A stretch of DNA of 64,000 nt from a virus (IMGVR_UViG_3300031760_000006:27127-91126), one strand, 5' to 3'. Shown: positions 41,171 to 49,967, numbered from the stretch's first letter. Made by a program: numbers and translations. The notes: generated by a model not told the origin, from the sequence alone.

Positions 41171-41758
41171 ATGGACGCTTTAAAAATACTGCCAAAATTC
41201 TTTGCACTGGATTTTCCCAGCTTAATTATGGCAATCGTTATAATCATGATTTGCTATGTAGCTGGGAAAAAACTTTTAGAAACATTTCTTCAAGAACTTG
41301 GTATTACACCAGTTTGGATTCGACATAAAATTGCCGAAGAAGAATACAAAAAGAATGTCATTGAAAATTTAGAAGAATTAAAAACTAATCAGCAAGCTCT
41401 ACAAAGACTTCAAAAAGAAGACACTAAGAAGTTTGATGCTTTAGAGGATTCTTTTGTTGACTTTAGGGCAGATGTTAAGAAAGAGATTAAATCACTTAAC
41501 GGTAAGATAGAACAAAGAGAACTTGAGAAGGAATTCAAGCGACTTCGTTGGTTTATCATTGAGTTTGCTAATGAACTGCCAACGAAACATAGCGTATCAC
41601 TTGAAGTTTGGAATGAAATATTTGAGAACATTCGGCGATATGAAGAACTCGTTGAAAAACATGGTTTTATTAACAATCAGACTAACTCCAGTATTCATGT
41701 GATTACTGATAGGTATGAACATGATGTCGCATCTGGATTAGTTGTTAAAGAAGATTAG
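41171..41758 (+). CDS. Membrane-anchored coiled-coil protein of the lysis module
   Basis: N-terminal TM helix (LIMAIVIIMICYVAG) followed by coiled coil; directly upstream of the holin. Confidence 0.55.
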   Translation: MDALKILPKFFALDFPSLIMAIVIIMICYVAGKKLLETFLQELGITPVWIRHKIAEEEYKKNVIENLEELKTNQQALQRLQKEDTKKFDALEDSFVDFRADVKKEIKSLNGKIEQRELEKEFKRLRWFIIEFANELPTKHSVSLEVWNEIFENIRRYEELVEKHGFINNQTNSSIHVITDRYEHDVASGLVVKED

Positions 41759-41773
41759 AAAGGATGATGAGAT

Positions 41774-42103
41774 ATGAACATTAATTGGAAGCTTAGATTT
41801 CAGAATAAAGTAACGCTGACAGCAATTGTTCTTGCAGTAATTGGTCTTGTGTATCAAGTACTGGGCTTATTCGGTGTGGTTGCCCCAATTTCTCAAGAGG
41901 CTATTGTTGCGGTGGCAGGTAGTCTTATTAATGTCTTTGTATTATTAGGTATCGTTGTAGACCCGACTTCGGAGAAAGTTAGTGACTCTGCTAGAGCAAT
42001 GACATACAATTCCCCCGTTCCCAATATTTTAAGTGAAAATACTGGCGATGATGAGGACACACAAATCGAAAAGGCAATTGAACTTGAAGAATTTGAAGAC
42101 TAA
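41774..42103 (+). CDS. Holin (phi LC3-like family)
   Basis: MNINWKLRFQNK start, two TM helices, LLGIVVDPT..VSDS motif. Confidence 0.85.
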   Translation: MNINWKLRFQNKVTLTAIVLAVIGLVYQVLGLFGVVAPISQEAIVAVAGSLINVFVLLGIVVDPTSEKVSDSARAMTYNSPVPNILSENTGDDEDTQIEKAIELEEFED

Positions 42104-42109
42104 AGGAAG

Positions 42110-42925
42110 GTGAAACTTATGGGACATTTTCCAAGATATAAACTAACAGACAAACAAATCCGTGGGATAAGCAATATCGTTCTTCACGAACAGGGGACAA
42201 TCGAGGGCTGGTTTGCAGAGGCGTCTCAGATTGCTAATTTAGCAGAAATCAGATACGGTGGAGACCCTGTTAAGGCAGTTACTTCGGGCTGGTATGCTCA
42301 CGGAAAATCCAGATATAATGCAGGAACTTCCAATGAGAAAGTTATTGCTATTGTTAAAAAGGTGTTCTGTGATGGATTCCGCACACTGCCTAGATATATA
42401 AATGAACACGATTGTATGAGTGACATTGGTTCTGTAAAGAATAACGGCAAATCAGTTCGTTCTGATAAATCCAAATGGGTTCGCCACAATACCGTTATTA
42501 AAAACCATATGGGAAGTACTTATATTTTCTACGATTTCCCCGGTGGATACAAAACTGGTGTAGACCCGTTTGGTTATACATCTCGTGCTTTGCGTGAGAA
42601 ATACGGCGATTTCTGCTATACCGTTGAAGAAGCACTCCACGGAGTCCCTGAAAAACAACATTACACAGGCACATATCCCGCTTTACCGAAGCGTGGTTAT
42701 TACCGCAGAAATGATGGCAAGGAATTCTTAAAAGATTACACAACTCAAATCAAACGCATTCAGCGGTTGGTTAACTGGGCGTTAGATGCCAATTTAACCG
42801 AAGATGGCATTTACGGAGAAAAGACATTCAACGCAGTTAAGAAATTGCAGAAGAAATTCAAACTGCCAATTAACGGATGCTTTGGCAAACTATGCTTAGA
42901 GAAGTGTAAAGCTTACAAAAAATAA
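42110..42925 (+). CDS. Endolysin: SleB/Hydrolase_2-like N-terminal domain plus C-terminal peptidoglycan-binding domain
   Basis: Directly after the holin; IVLHEQG..AEASQIANL resembles the SleB catalytic Glu helix; IKRIQRLVN..EDGIYGEKT..AVKKLQ..INGCFG is PG_binding_1-like. Confidence 0.65.
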   Translation: MKLMGHFPRYKLTDKQIRGISNIVLHEQGTIEGWFAEASQIANLAEIRYGGDPVKAVTSGWYAHGKSRYNAGTSNEKVIAIVKKVFCDGFRTLPRYINEHDCMSDIGSVKNNGKSVRSDKSKWVRHNTVIKNHMGSTYIFYDFPGGYKTGVDPFGYTSRALREKYGDFCYTVEEALHGVPEKQHYTGTYPALPKRGYYRRNDGKEFLKDYTTQIKRIQRLVNWALDANLTEDGIYGEKTFNAVKKLQKKFKLPINGCFGKLCLEKCKAYKK

Positions 42926-42938
42926 GGATGGTGATTAG

Positions 42939-43907
42939 ATGCCTACGATACTTAATACACAATCAATCATCACCGTTCCACAAATAGAAACCATAGCAAC
43001 AGACGGTAGTTCTACCATCTACGTCAACGAAGACAAGCAACAACTTCGCCAAGTTCCTGTGAATAAGTTCCTTGATTCTATTAAGCAGAAAATCTGCGAT
43101 ACTATTTATCCGATAGGTGCGATTTACATGAGTACTAACCCCACAAGTCCTGCTGATTTGTTTGGTGGGACTTGGGAAGCTATTGAAGGCAGATTTTTAG
43201 TTGGTGCTAATAGAACTTATACTGTTGGTTCTACTGGCGGTAGTGCAGATGCTGTTGTTGTTTCTCACTCTCATGCATTATCTAGCCACAGCCATACAAT
43301 CGCATCTCATACGCATAGTATTGGCAATCATACTCATTCTATTGGCAATCACTATCATGAGATATCATTAACTTCGGGTGGTGCAAGTCAAGGACATACG
43401 CACAATATTTCATTGACTAGTGGTGGCAATAGTAGAGGACATACGCACACTTGGAGTGGCTCTGATTCACATCGTCATAGTTTTAGTAGCGGTGGAATTG
43501 CAATAACCGTGCGTTCAGATAAAAATTATCCATACTACGCTGAAGGACATGGTTACGAGCATTCAACAAGCGGCAGTTGGTGGCGAGAAGCTAATAAATC
43601 TGCTGCTTCGATTGATAGTGCTACTGTAAAAATGTCTGGCACTACTAGTGGAGAAAGCCAGAATCATACTCACTCTGTATCTGGTGCGACAGGTGGACAG
43701 AGTCAATCACATACACATAGTGTAAGTGGAAGTACAAAAAGTACAGTATCTGGAAATACTGGTTCAGCAGGTTCTACGACCACTACGGGTTCTGGTACAC
43801 TTACAACAAATTCTGTAGGTGGAGAAACAAGTACTGTTGGACAAAGTGGCACTGGCAAGAATTTACCGCCTTACGTTGCGGTTTATATGTGGAAAAGAAT
43901 TAGCTAA
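42939..43907 (+). CDS. Baseplate/collar-like fibre protein with His-rich (HSH/HTH) repeats
   Basis: IYPIGAIYMS.NPTSPADLFGGTW..GRFLVG and NLPPYVAVYMWKRIS flank many H-x-H motifs. Confidence 0.7.
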   Translation: MPTILNTQSIITVPQIETIATDGSSTIYVNEDKQQLRQVPVNKFLDSIKQKICDTIYPIGAIYMSTNPTSPADLFGGTWEAIEGRFLVGANRTYTVGSTGGSADAVVVSHSHALSSHSHTIASHTHSIGNHTHSIGNHYHEISLTSGGASQGHTHNISLTSGGNSRGHTHTWSGSDSHRHSFSSGGIAITVRSDKNYPYYAEGHGYEHSTSGSWWREANKSAASIDSATVKMSGTTSGESQNHTHSVSGATGGQSQSHTHSVSGSTKSTVSGNTGSAGSTTTTGSGTLTTNSVGGETSTVGQSGTGKNLPPYVAVYMWKRIS

Positions 43908-43966
43908 TTAATCTATACATTAGATAAAAATACTACACAAAGACCAAATAATTATTTGATTTTTTT

Positions 43967-44004
43967 AGCCCGTAAACAGCTAACAACTGTTTACGGGCTT
44001 TTTT
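43967..44004 (+). terminator. Intrinsic terminator (probably bidirectional)
   Basis: agcccgtaaacag / ctgtttacgggct perfect 13-bp stem with T-runs on both sides. Confidence 0.85.
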
Positions 44005-44023
44005 GCAAGGAGCGTGAACAAAA

Positions 44024-44401
44024 ATGTTTGATGTAAGTTCTAGCGGGGTCATCAAGATTACCCGTGGCGACTCCGCTTATTTCACAATTAATTTAACGGA
44101 TGCAGATGGCAATCCGTATGTATTAGATTCTGACGAAAAGGTACGAGTACAAGTACGTTCTAAATATAACGATGATGAAAATGAAGGATTCCTATTTGAG
44201 GGTGAAGTTGTAGATAACGGCGATGGCACTATTACTTGGCATATCAGACCAGAAGATACTGCCACAGCAGACCCGTCTCTTTCATATTATTATGATGTCC
44301 AATATGAAGGAAACGGTGATATTTTTACTTTTATCTCTTCTAAATTTAAAATTACAAACGAAGTCACTTTGCCGTTAGAATCGCCAGAAGTTGGTGGTTG
44401 A
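44024..44401 (+). CDS. BppU-N-like small baseplate protein
   Basis: IKITRGDSAYFTINL..YYYDVQY pattern. Confidence 0.55.
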   Translation: MFDVSSSGVIKITRGDSAYFTINLTDADGNPYVLDSDEKVRVQVRSKYNDDENEGFLFEGEVVDNGDGTITWHIRPEDTATADPSLSYYYDVQYEGNGDIFTFISSKFKITNEVTLPLESPEVGG

Positions 44402-44402
44402 T

Positions 44403-44882
44403 ATGCCAGATATTATAGGAAGTATCTCTCCTAAAAAGAATATCCAAGGGGTTTTGACTCCTCAGAAAAATATCTCTGCCACTATTAATGATTCTTCTTT
44501 GCAGTTAATAGGAAAATTATCCAATACCACTCTTCGTGGTTATTCTGCTTATGATGTAGCGGTATTGTACGGTGGTTTTGAAGGCACTGAGGAGGAATGG
44601 CTTGCTAGTCTTAAAGGCGAAACTGGAGAAACTGGTGCTGATGGGACTTCTGTTGACGTAGAGATTGTTTCAAATACAGAAAATGAATACATTCTTCGTT
44701 TTATTGCGGGAGATTGTAGTTTTACCACTCCAAATCTTAAAGCCGTAATTGAAACTATAAATTATGAAGATATAAACAATAAACCGCAAATAGAGTCAAT
44801 TCCTCTTACGGGCGATAAATCGTTTTCCGATTTAGGAATTGAACCAATCGACACAGACGATTTATTAGAGATTTTAAATTAA
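44403..44882 (+). CDS. Fibre-associated protein with a short collagen-like segment (ORF track starts at 44391; ATG at 44403 likelier)
   Basis: RGYSAYDVAV..GFEGTEEEWLASLKGETGETGADG; INNKPQIESIPLTGDKS. Confidence 0.6.
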   Translation: MPDIIGSISPKKNIQGVLTPQKNISATINDSSLQLIGKLSNTTLRGYSAYDVAVLYGGFEGTEEEWLASLKGETGETGADGTSVDVEIVSNTENEYILRFIAGDCSFTTPNLKAVIETINYEDINNKPQIESIPLTGDKSFSDLGIEPIDTDDLLEILN

Positions 44883-44901
44883 AAGGAGTGAAATTTTTAA
44901 A

Positions 44902-45447
44902 ATGATTTATAATTATTTAGATAAAACTGGTTTAGCATTGGTTTGGGAAAAAGTTAAAAATGCTTTATTAGGAAAAGTAGATAAAGTAGATGGAAAAGGA
45001 TTATCTACTAATGATTACACTTCTGAAGAAAAAACAAAGCTTTCTGGAATTGCTTCAGGCTCACAGGTTAATGTCTTGGAAGGGATTCAGAAAAATGGTA
45101 ATACAGTAACTATTACAAATAAAATTGCAAATATCACTGTACCAACGACAACTAGTGACTTAACTAATGATAGTGGATTCGTTACGTCATCTGATGTAGA
45201 TACCGCAATTTCTGCGGCAATGACCACTGTTATGAATTACAAAGGCACTAAAGCAACTGTTGCAGAACTTCCTTCTACTGGAAATGTTAAAGGTGATGTT
45301 TGGCACGTTACCGCAAACGGTGGAGAATATGCTTGGGATGGCACTGAATGGCAAGAGTTAGGTTCTACTGTTGATTTATCTGGTTATGTCCAATCTTCAG
45401 AGATGGTTGCAATTACAAGTAATGAAATAAATACAATTTGTTCATAA
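44902..45447 (+). CDS. Fibre/head-fibre-like structural protein
   Basis: YLDKTGL..W, KVDKVDGKGLSTNDYTSEEKTKL, NYKGTKAT..GDVWHV..EYAWDG. Confidence 0.6.
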   Translation: MIYNYLDKTGLALVWEKVKNALLGKVDKVDGKGLSTNDYTSEEKTKLSGIASGSQVNVLEGIQKNGNTVTITNKIANITVPTTTSDLTNDSGFVTSSDVDTAISAAMTTVMNYKGTKATVAELPSTGNVKGDVWHVTANGGEYAWDGTEWQELGSTVDLSGYVQSSEMVAITSNEINTICS

Positions 45448-45463
45448 ATAGGAGGTTGATTTT

Positions 45464-47563
45464 ATGTCTTATAGTTTTTTAGATAAGACAGGACTCGCTT
45501 CTGTTTGGGCAAAAATAAAAGATGCATTGGCAACTAAAGCTAATAGTGCGGATTTGGCAGATATTGCTACAAGTGGCAGCTATGATGATTTGAATGATAT
45601 GCCTGAAATTCTTACAACAAATGATGATGTAGTTACGGAAGATAAAGTCCCCTACCTCTTCCGCAAATCCCCTGACTCTGACAGGGCTGTGGAAGAGATT
45701 GTTGGTGGGACGGTGGGGTGGAATCAGTTGATTGACCCGTCCAAGTTTGTTACGAATTACGGAATAACAGCATCTCTCAATGGTGAAGTAATATCTTTTT
45801 CGGGAACTTCTACAGCGGTATATACAGATGCGTTAGGAAGATATGCTCTTCCTACAAATCACATCTGCTTACTGCTGTACAGAATAATAGCTAATCCGAA
45901 TAATATATCATTTAAGTGCGATTTTAATAACAATATTACTGGCAAAAAGACAACATCAACATCTTGTATAGCGACAGTATCGAGTTCAGACGTAAATATT
46001 GGATTGGCAGGTTATACAAGTGGCACTGTTTTTGATGGTGTACAAATAAAAGCCATCGTCTCTGACTTAACCGCTTGCTTCGGCACCACAATAGCCGACT
46101 ACATCTACTCCCTTGAACAGTCCACAGCAGGAGCAGGAGTAGCTAAGCTGAAGTCATGGGGGTTCTTTACTGAGGATTACTATGAATACTGCGAACCGAC
46201 TCTGAGGTCTGTGGAAGGGTTAGTGAGCAAGAAGACGGTAGGGTTTAATCAGTGGGATGAGGAGTGGGAAGTTGGTGGATATAGTACATCAACAGGCGAA
46301 AAAGGTGTGGACAACTCACGAATCCGCTCTAAAAACGCCATTAAATGCTTGCCAAATACCGTTTACTGCAATAGTTCACCGCAAACGACAATAATGCTCT
46401 TCTACGACAAGAACGACAACTATTTGTCATATCTTGGAGTGGTCAGTAATGCTACTTTTACAACACCGGCAAACTGCCATTTTGTAAGGTTTTACATAGC
46501 AACGGCCTACGGCACAACCTACAACCATGACGTTTGCATCAACCTCTCCGACCCCACACGAAACGGACAGTACGAACCGTATGAGAATCATTCCTACCCA
46601 CTCGACTCTTCTGTAGTGCTGAGAGGTGTACCGAAGTTAGATTCCAACAATAACCTCTACTTTGACGGTGATGTCTATAGTGCTGATGGGAATGGGGAGA
46701 GAAGGTATACGGAACGTGCTTACCAGAGCGGTGACGAATCCTTGGCGGATGCAATCACGGATGGAACGACCACTGTTGTCAAATTGTCTACCCCCACCAC
46801 CTTCACCGCTACACCCTACCACAATCCGCAGATTGTAGAGGATACAGAGGAGTTCGTGACTACTGGGTTAGTCCCTGTTGGGCATTCAACAAAATATCAT
46901 ACTAGTTATTATACAACTAATGATTATATTAAAGAAAAAGGATATTTAACAGAAAAAGATATTTTAGGAAAAGTAAACACATCTGATTTGGCAACCGTGG
47001 CTATAAGTGGCAGTTATAGTGATTTAGGTGATACACCAACTAAGGTATCAGACTTTGAAAATGATGCCGCTTATATGTCGGGTATGACCATACTAGCATA
47101 CGGTAAAAATAATTGGACAGATTTTATAACAGCATATACAGAGCAAAAAGTTGTTTATTGTAGAGCGTCTTCAGCTTCTAACCCAGCTTCTGGTTCACAA
47201 ACAAGACTCGCTTTTATGGCTTATGTTAATAATGCAGACAATCCAACAGAAGTAGAATTTCAATATTACAGAAGTGTAAGTTCGCATTCAAATAATCAAC
47301 AAGGTGACCAAGTTTATGTTTATAAACTTACCAAAAGCGGTGGTTGGAGTGTAACAGTTAGAGAATCTTACACTAAGGTTGTTGCTGGAACTGGATTAAC
47401 AAGTAATTGGGCAAATGGAGCAATTACTTTAAGTGCTACATCTTCATCTATAGAAGTAGCAACGACTTCTACGAATGGATTGATGTCATCAACAGATAAA
47501 AGTAGACTTGATGCTTTATATGCGGATTATAGTTCTGCATTAACTGCGTTGGGGGTGAATTGA
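45464..47563 (+). CDS. Fibre-like protein carrying a module paralogous to one in the 18549 gene
   Basis: FLDKTGL start; SGSYDDL repeats; 45638-46897 aligns by eye with 18822-20288. Confidence 0.7.
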   Translation: MSYSFLDKTGLASVWAKIKDALATKANSADLADIATSGSYDDLNDMPEILTTNDDVVTEDKVPYLFRKSPDSDRAVEEIVGGTVGWNQLIDPSKFVTNYGITASLNGEVISFSGTSTAVYTDALGRYALPTNHICLLLYRIIANPNNISFKCDFNNNITGKKTTSTSCIATVSSSDVNIGLAGYTSGTVFDGVQIKAIVSDLTACFGTTIADYIYSLEQSTAGAGVAKLKSWGFFTEDYYEYCEPTLRSVEGLVSKKTVGFNQWDEEWEVGGYSTSTGEKGVDNSRIRSKNAIKCLPNTVYCNSSPQTTIMLFYDKNDNYLSYLGVVSNATFTTPANCHFVRFYIATAYGTTYNHDVCINLSDPTRNGQYEPYENHSYPLDSSVVLRGVPKLDSNNNLYFDGDVYSADGNGERRYTERAYQSGDESLADAITDGTTTVVKLSTPTTFTATPYHNPQIVEDTEEFVTTGLVPVGHSTKYHTSYYTTNDYIKEKGYLTEKDILGKVNTSDLATVAISGSYSDLGDTPTKVSDFENDAAYMSGMTILAYGKNNWTDFITAYTEQKVVYCRASSASNPASGSQTRLAFMAYVNNADNPTEVEFQYYRSVSSHSNNQQGDQVYVYKLTKSGGWSVTVRESYTKVVAGTGLTSNWANGAITLSATSSSIEVATTSTNGLMSSTDKSRLDALYADYSSALTALGVN

Positions 47564-47564
47564 T

Positions 47565-48404
47565 ATGAGTAGTACGACACCTTTAACTGACGGTATTAAC
47601 ACTTTAAAAAATCGTATTAATAATGTAACTAGTTTACAAGATTCAACGCTATCCGATGCAATTGATAGTTTAATTGATGTGTGTAATAGTAGTGATAAAT
47701 ATACTCTTGAACAAATAAATGGTGGATTTGATTTGCCAGAAAATCTTGTTTTATTGGGAAATTCTGTTAGAGGAACTTTTTATTCTTATTCATCTACTTT
47801 AAAAACAGTAAGTTGTCCAAATGCTACTTCTGTTTCTGGTAAAAATGGGTCTACAAAAGGGGCTTTTTCAAATTGTCCAAATTTAATATCTGTGTCTTTT
47901 CCAAGTTGGACAACGAACGATATTAATGAATCTATGTTTGGTAATTGTTCTTCATTAGTATCAGTAAATTTTCCTTTATTAAGCGGTGGAGTTGCTACAC
48001 AAGCTTTTTTAGATTGTTCCTCTTTAACAACGATTGTGCTTCCAAAAGCACAAGGGACATTATATTCTGCTGCTTTTCAAGGATGTACAAATTTAACTTT
48101 TGCAGATTTTTATGATGTTTATTTAGCAAGAGGAGCGATATTTAAAAATACTAATTTAACAACACTTATTTTAAGAAATCCTACTAGATATTATTTAAGA
48201 GAATTAAGTATTTTTGAGAATACTCCATTTGCATCAGATGGAAGTGGTGGAATATTATATGTTCCATCATCATCAATTAGTGAATTTCAATCCGCAAATA
48301 ACTGGTCTACAATTTTAGGATATGAAAATAATCAAATTCTTCCAATAGAAGGCTCAATCTATGAGACCCAATACGCAAACGGGACGCCAATTCCGACCAC
48401 TTAA
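47565..48404 (+). CDS. BspA-type leucine-rich-repeat protein
   Basis: AFSNCPNLISVSFP, MFGNCSSLVSVNFP, AFLDCSSLTTIVLP, AFQGCTNLT. Confidence 0.8.
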   Translation: MSSTTPLTDGINTLKNRINNVTSLQDSTLSDAIDSLIDVCNSSDKYTLEQINGGFDLPENLVLLGNSVRGTFYSYSSTLKTVSCPNATSVSGKNGSTKGAFSNCPNLISVSFPSWTTNDINESMFGNCSSLVSVNFPLLSGGVATQAFLDCSSLTTIVLPKAQGTLYSAAFQGCTNLTFADFYDVYLARGAIFKNTNLTTLILRNPTRYYLRELSIFENTPFASDGSGGILYVPSSSISEFQSANNWSTILGYENNQILPIEGSIYETQYANGTPIPTT

Positions 48405-48420
48405 AAAGGAGAGATAAATT

Positions 48421-48666
48421 ATGCAATACTTTATAACAGAGCTTCAAACTAGACCTGATGGAATCGTCAATTCTACACTTACGGCTCGTTCATCTTACGC
48501 AATGGGATTAGCTTATTATTATCAAAGGGCTGCGGCGGCAGTTGCAAATCAAGATTTAGTATCTGTCGCATTAACACTTCAGAATCAAGACGGTTTCATT
48601 ATTGAAAATCAAAAATTTGATACTTTATATGAAGAACCAAATGAAGAAAATCCAAGTGAGGAATAA
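48421..48666 (+). CDS. Hypothetical protein
   Basis: 81-aa ORF with RBS aaggag. Confidence 0.6.
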   Translation: MQYFITELQTRPDGIVNSTLTARSSYAMGLAYYYQRAAAAVANQDLVSVALTLQNQDGFIIENQKFDTLYEEPNEENPSEE

Positions 48667-48668
48667 AA

Positions 48669-48890
48669 ATGATATATTGTAAACTTGTTGATGGGCAATT
48701 AATTTTTGCTCCTCAAAAAATTTTTATAGAAGACAAAACCGTGCATAATCCAACGGACGAACAACTAGAATCTCAAGGTTGGAAACAGTTGATTACATCT
48801 ATACCGCCCGAAGTCAGAGAAGGACATTATGCTAAAGTAGCCTATTTCGACACAGGTGATTACATCCTTCAAAACTGGATTGTGGATTAA
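48669..48890 (+). CDS. Hypothetical protein
   Basis: 73-aa ORF coupled to the upstream gene. Confidence 0.55.
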   Translation: MIYCKLVDGQLIFAPQKIFIEDKTVHNPTDEQLESQGWKQLITSIPPEVREGHYAKVAYFDTGDYILQNWIVD

Positions 48891-48903
48891 AGAGAGGTGA
48901 ATC

Positions 48904-49641
48904 ATGGCTGGATATAAAGTTTATTTAGGATTAAATGGGAATGATTATAAAACGATTATTAAGCAGAAACCTTCGATTGCAGTAATTGAATTTAGCGAAT
49001 TTACTGATGGGCAAATAAAAAAACTTCTTGCTCAAAATATTAAATTAATCGCTTACTTAAATGTTGGAGCAATCGAAAAGACAAGAGGTTACTATAAGCT
49101 GTATAAGCAATATGCTATTGGAAATTATTCTGATTGGGATGAGAAATGGATGGATTTATCCAAAGAGAAATGGCAAGACTTTTTGATATTCCAAGCAGAA
49201 GCCTTAAAGAAGCGTGGAGCATTTGGATTGTACATTGACAATTTAGATGTGGTTGAAGAATTCAAAGGAAGGAAATTATATGAACCAGCACGAAAGATTT
49301 TAAAAACTATTCGCAAAGAAACGGGCTTATATTTGATTGTTAATGGAGCGGATTATTTCGTGACGAAATGCATTACAGATAAAGTTGTTCATTTTCAAGC
49401 GATTCAACAAGAAGAAGTTTTTACGCTTATTAAGAACATCGACAAGAACAAGTGTGGAAATCAGACAAAGTCCGAATGCGAGCGGTTGAAGAAGTACTGC
49501 GTGAAAGTTAAGAAAGCTGGTATAGAAGTGTACTTGCTTGAGTATAAGCCCAGTGCGGCAAATAAAATAAAGATAAGTAAGTTCTGCAAGAAATACGGAC
49601 TTCACGCTTGTAATGCTAAGAACGTGAATTTGGATAAATAA
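48904..49641 (+). CDS. Glycoside hydrolase family 114 (endo-alpha-1,4-polygalactosaminidase-like)
   Basis: IAYLNVGAIE..R.YY, WDEKWMDLS..WQDFL, G..GLYIDNLDV, LIVNG, IQQEEVF match GH114 TIM-barrel motifs. Confidence 0.7.
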   Translation: MAGYKVYLGLNGNDYKTIIKQKPSIAVIEFSEFTDGQIKKLLAQNIKLIAYLNVGAIEKTRGYYKLYKQYAIGNYSDWDEKWMDLSKEKWQDFLIFQAEALKKRGAFGLYIDNLDVVEEFKGRKLYEPARKILKTIRKETGLYLIVNGADYFVTKCITDKVVHFQAIQQEEVFTLIKNIDKNKCGNQTKSECERLKKYCVKVKKAGIEVYLLEYKPSAANKIKISKFCKKYGLHACNAKNVNLDK

Positions 49642-49730
49642 ACAAATCGTGATTTCGTGTAAAATATGATAAAAACAAAACGTGATTTCGTGCAAAATCT
49701 GATGAATACAAATCGTGATTTGGATAATCA
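49621..49730 (+). repeat. 33-bp-period direct repeats containing an AAATC-NN-GATTT near-palindrome
   Basis: acaaa(t/a)cgtgattt at 49642, 49675 and 49708, plus a degenerate copy at 49621. Confidence 0.8.
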
Positions 49731-49809
49731 TCCGCAAAAGTTATAAAAATGCGGATTTCCGCAAAAATATAAAATATAAAAAGTTTTGCGTTGAGACGTA
49801 ATTAATTTA

Positions 49810-49836
49810 AGGGATACCTACGGGTGTCCCTTTTTT
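49810..49836 (+). terminator. Terminator ending the late arm
   Basis: agggatacc-tacg-ggtgtccct (C-UACG-G tetraloop) followed by a T-run. Confidence 0.8.
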
Positions 49837-49967
49837 AGTTTTGACGCATTAGAAGCCGATTCTAGAGGTTTTATTATATAGGATGATACTTTATGCCTTA
49901 AACAATCAAAACCGCTTAAATGGGCAAATAAGAAGGTATGCACACATACAAACTGCCTCCCTTCTTT

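Noticed and set aside
18549-47563. Diversity-generating retroelement (TR/VR pair) behind the repeated fibre modules
   Set aside because: The repeats differ at all four bases and by indels rather than being near-identical with A-only differences. No reverse transcriptase or Avd-like ORF is in the window; one elsewhere in the genome cannot be excluded.
18549-48890. Invertible tail-fibre shufflon
   Set aside because: All fibre modules are on the + strand. No inverted silent cassettes or repeated crossover sites were seen, and the only recombinase sits beside an attP-like site.
49621-49730. Mini CRISPR array
   Set aside because: The 33-bp units are contiguous and similar along their whole length, with no unique spacers.
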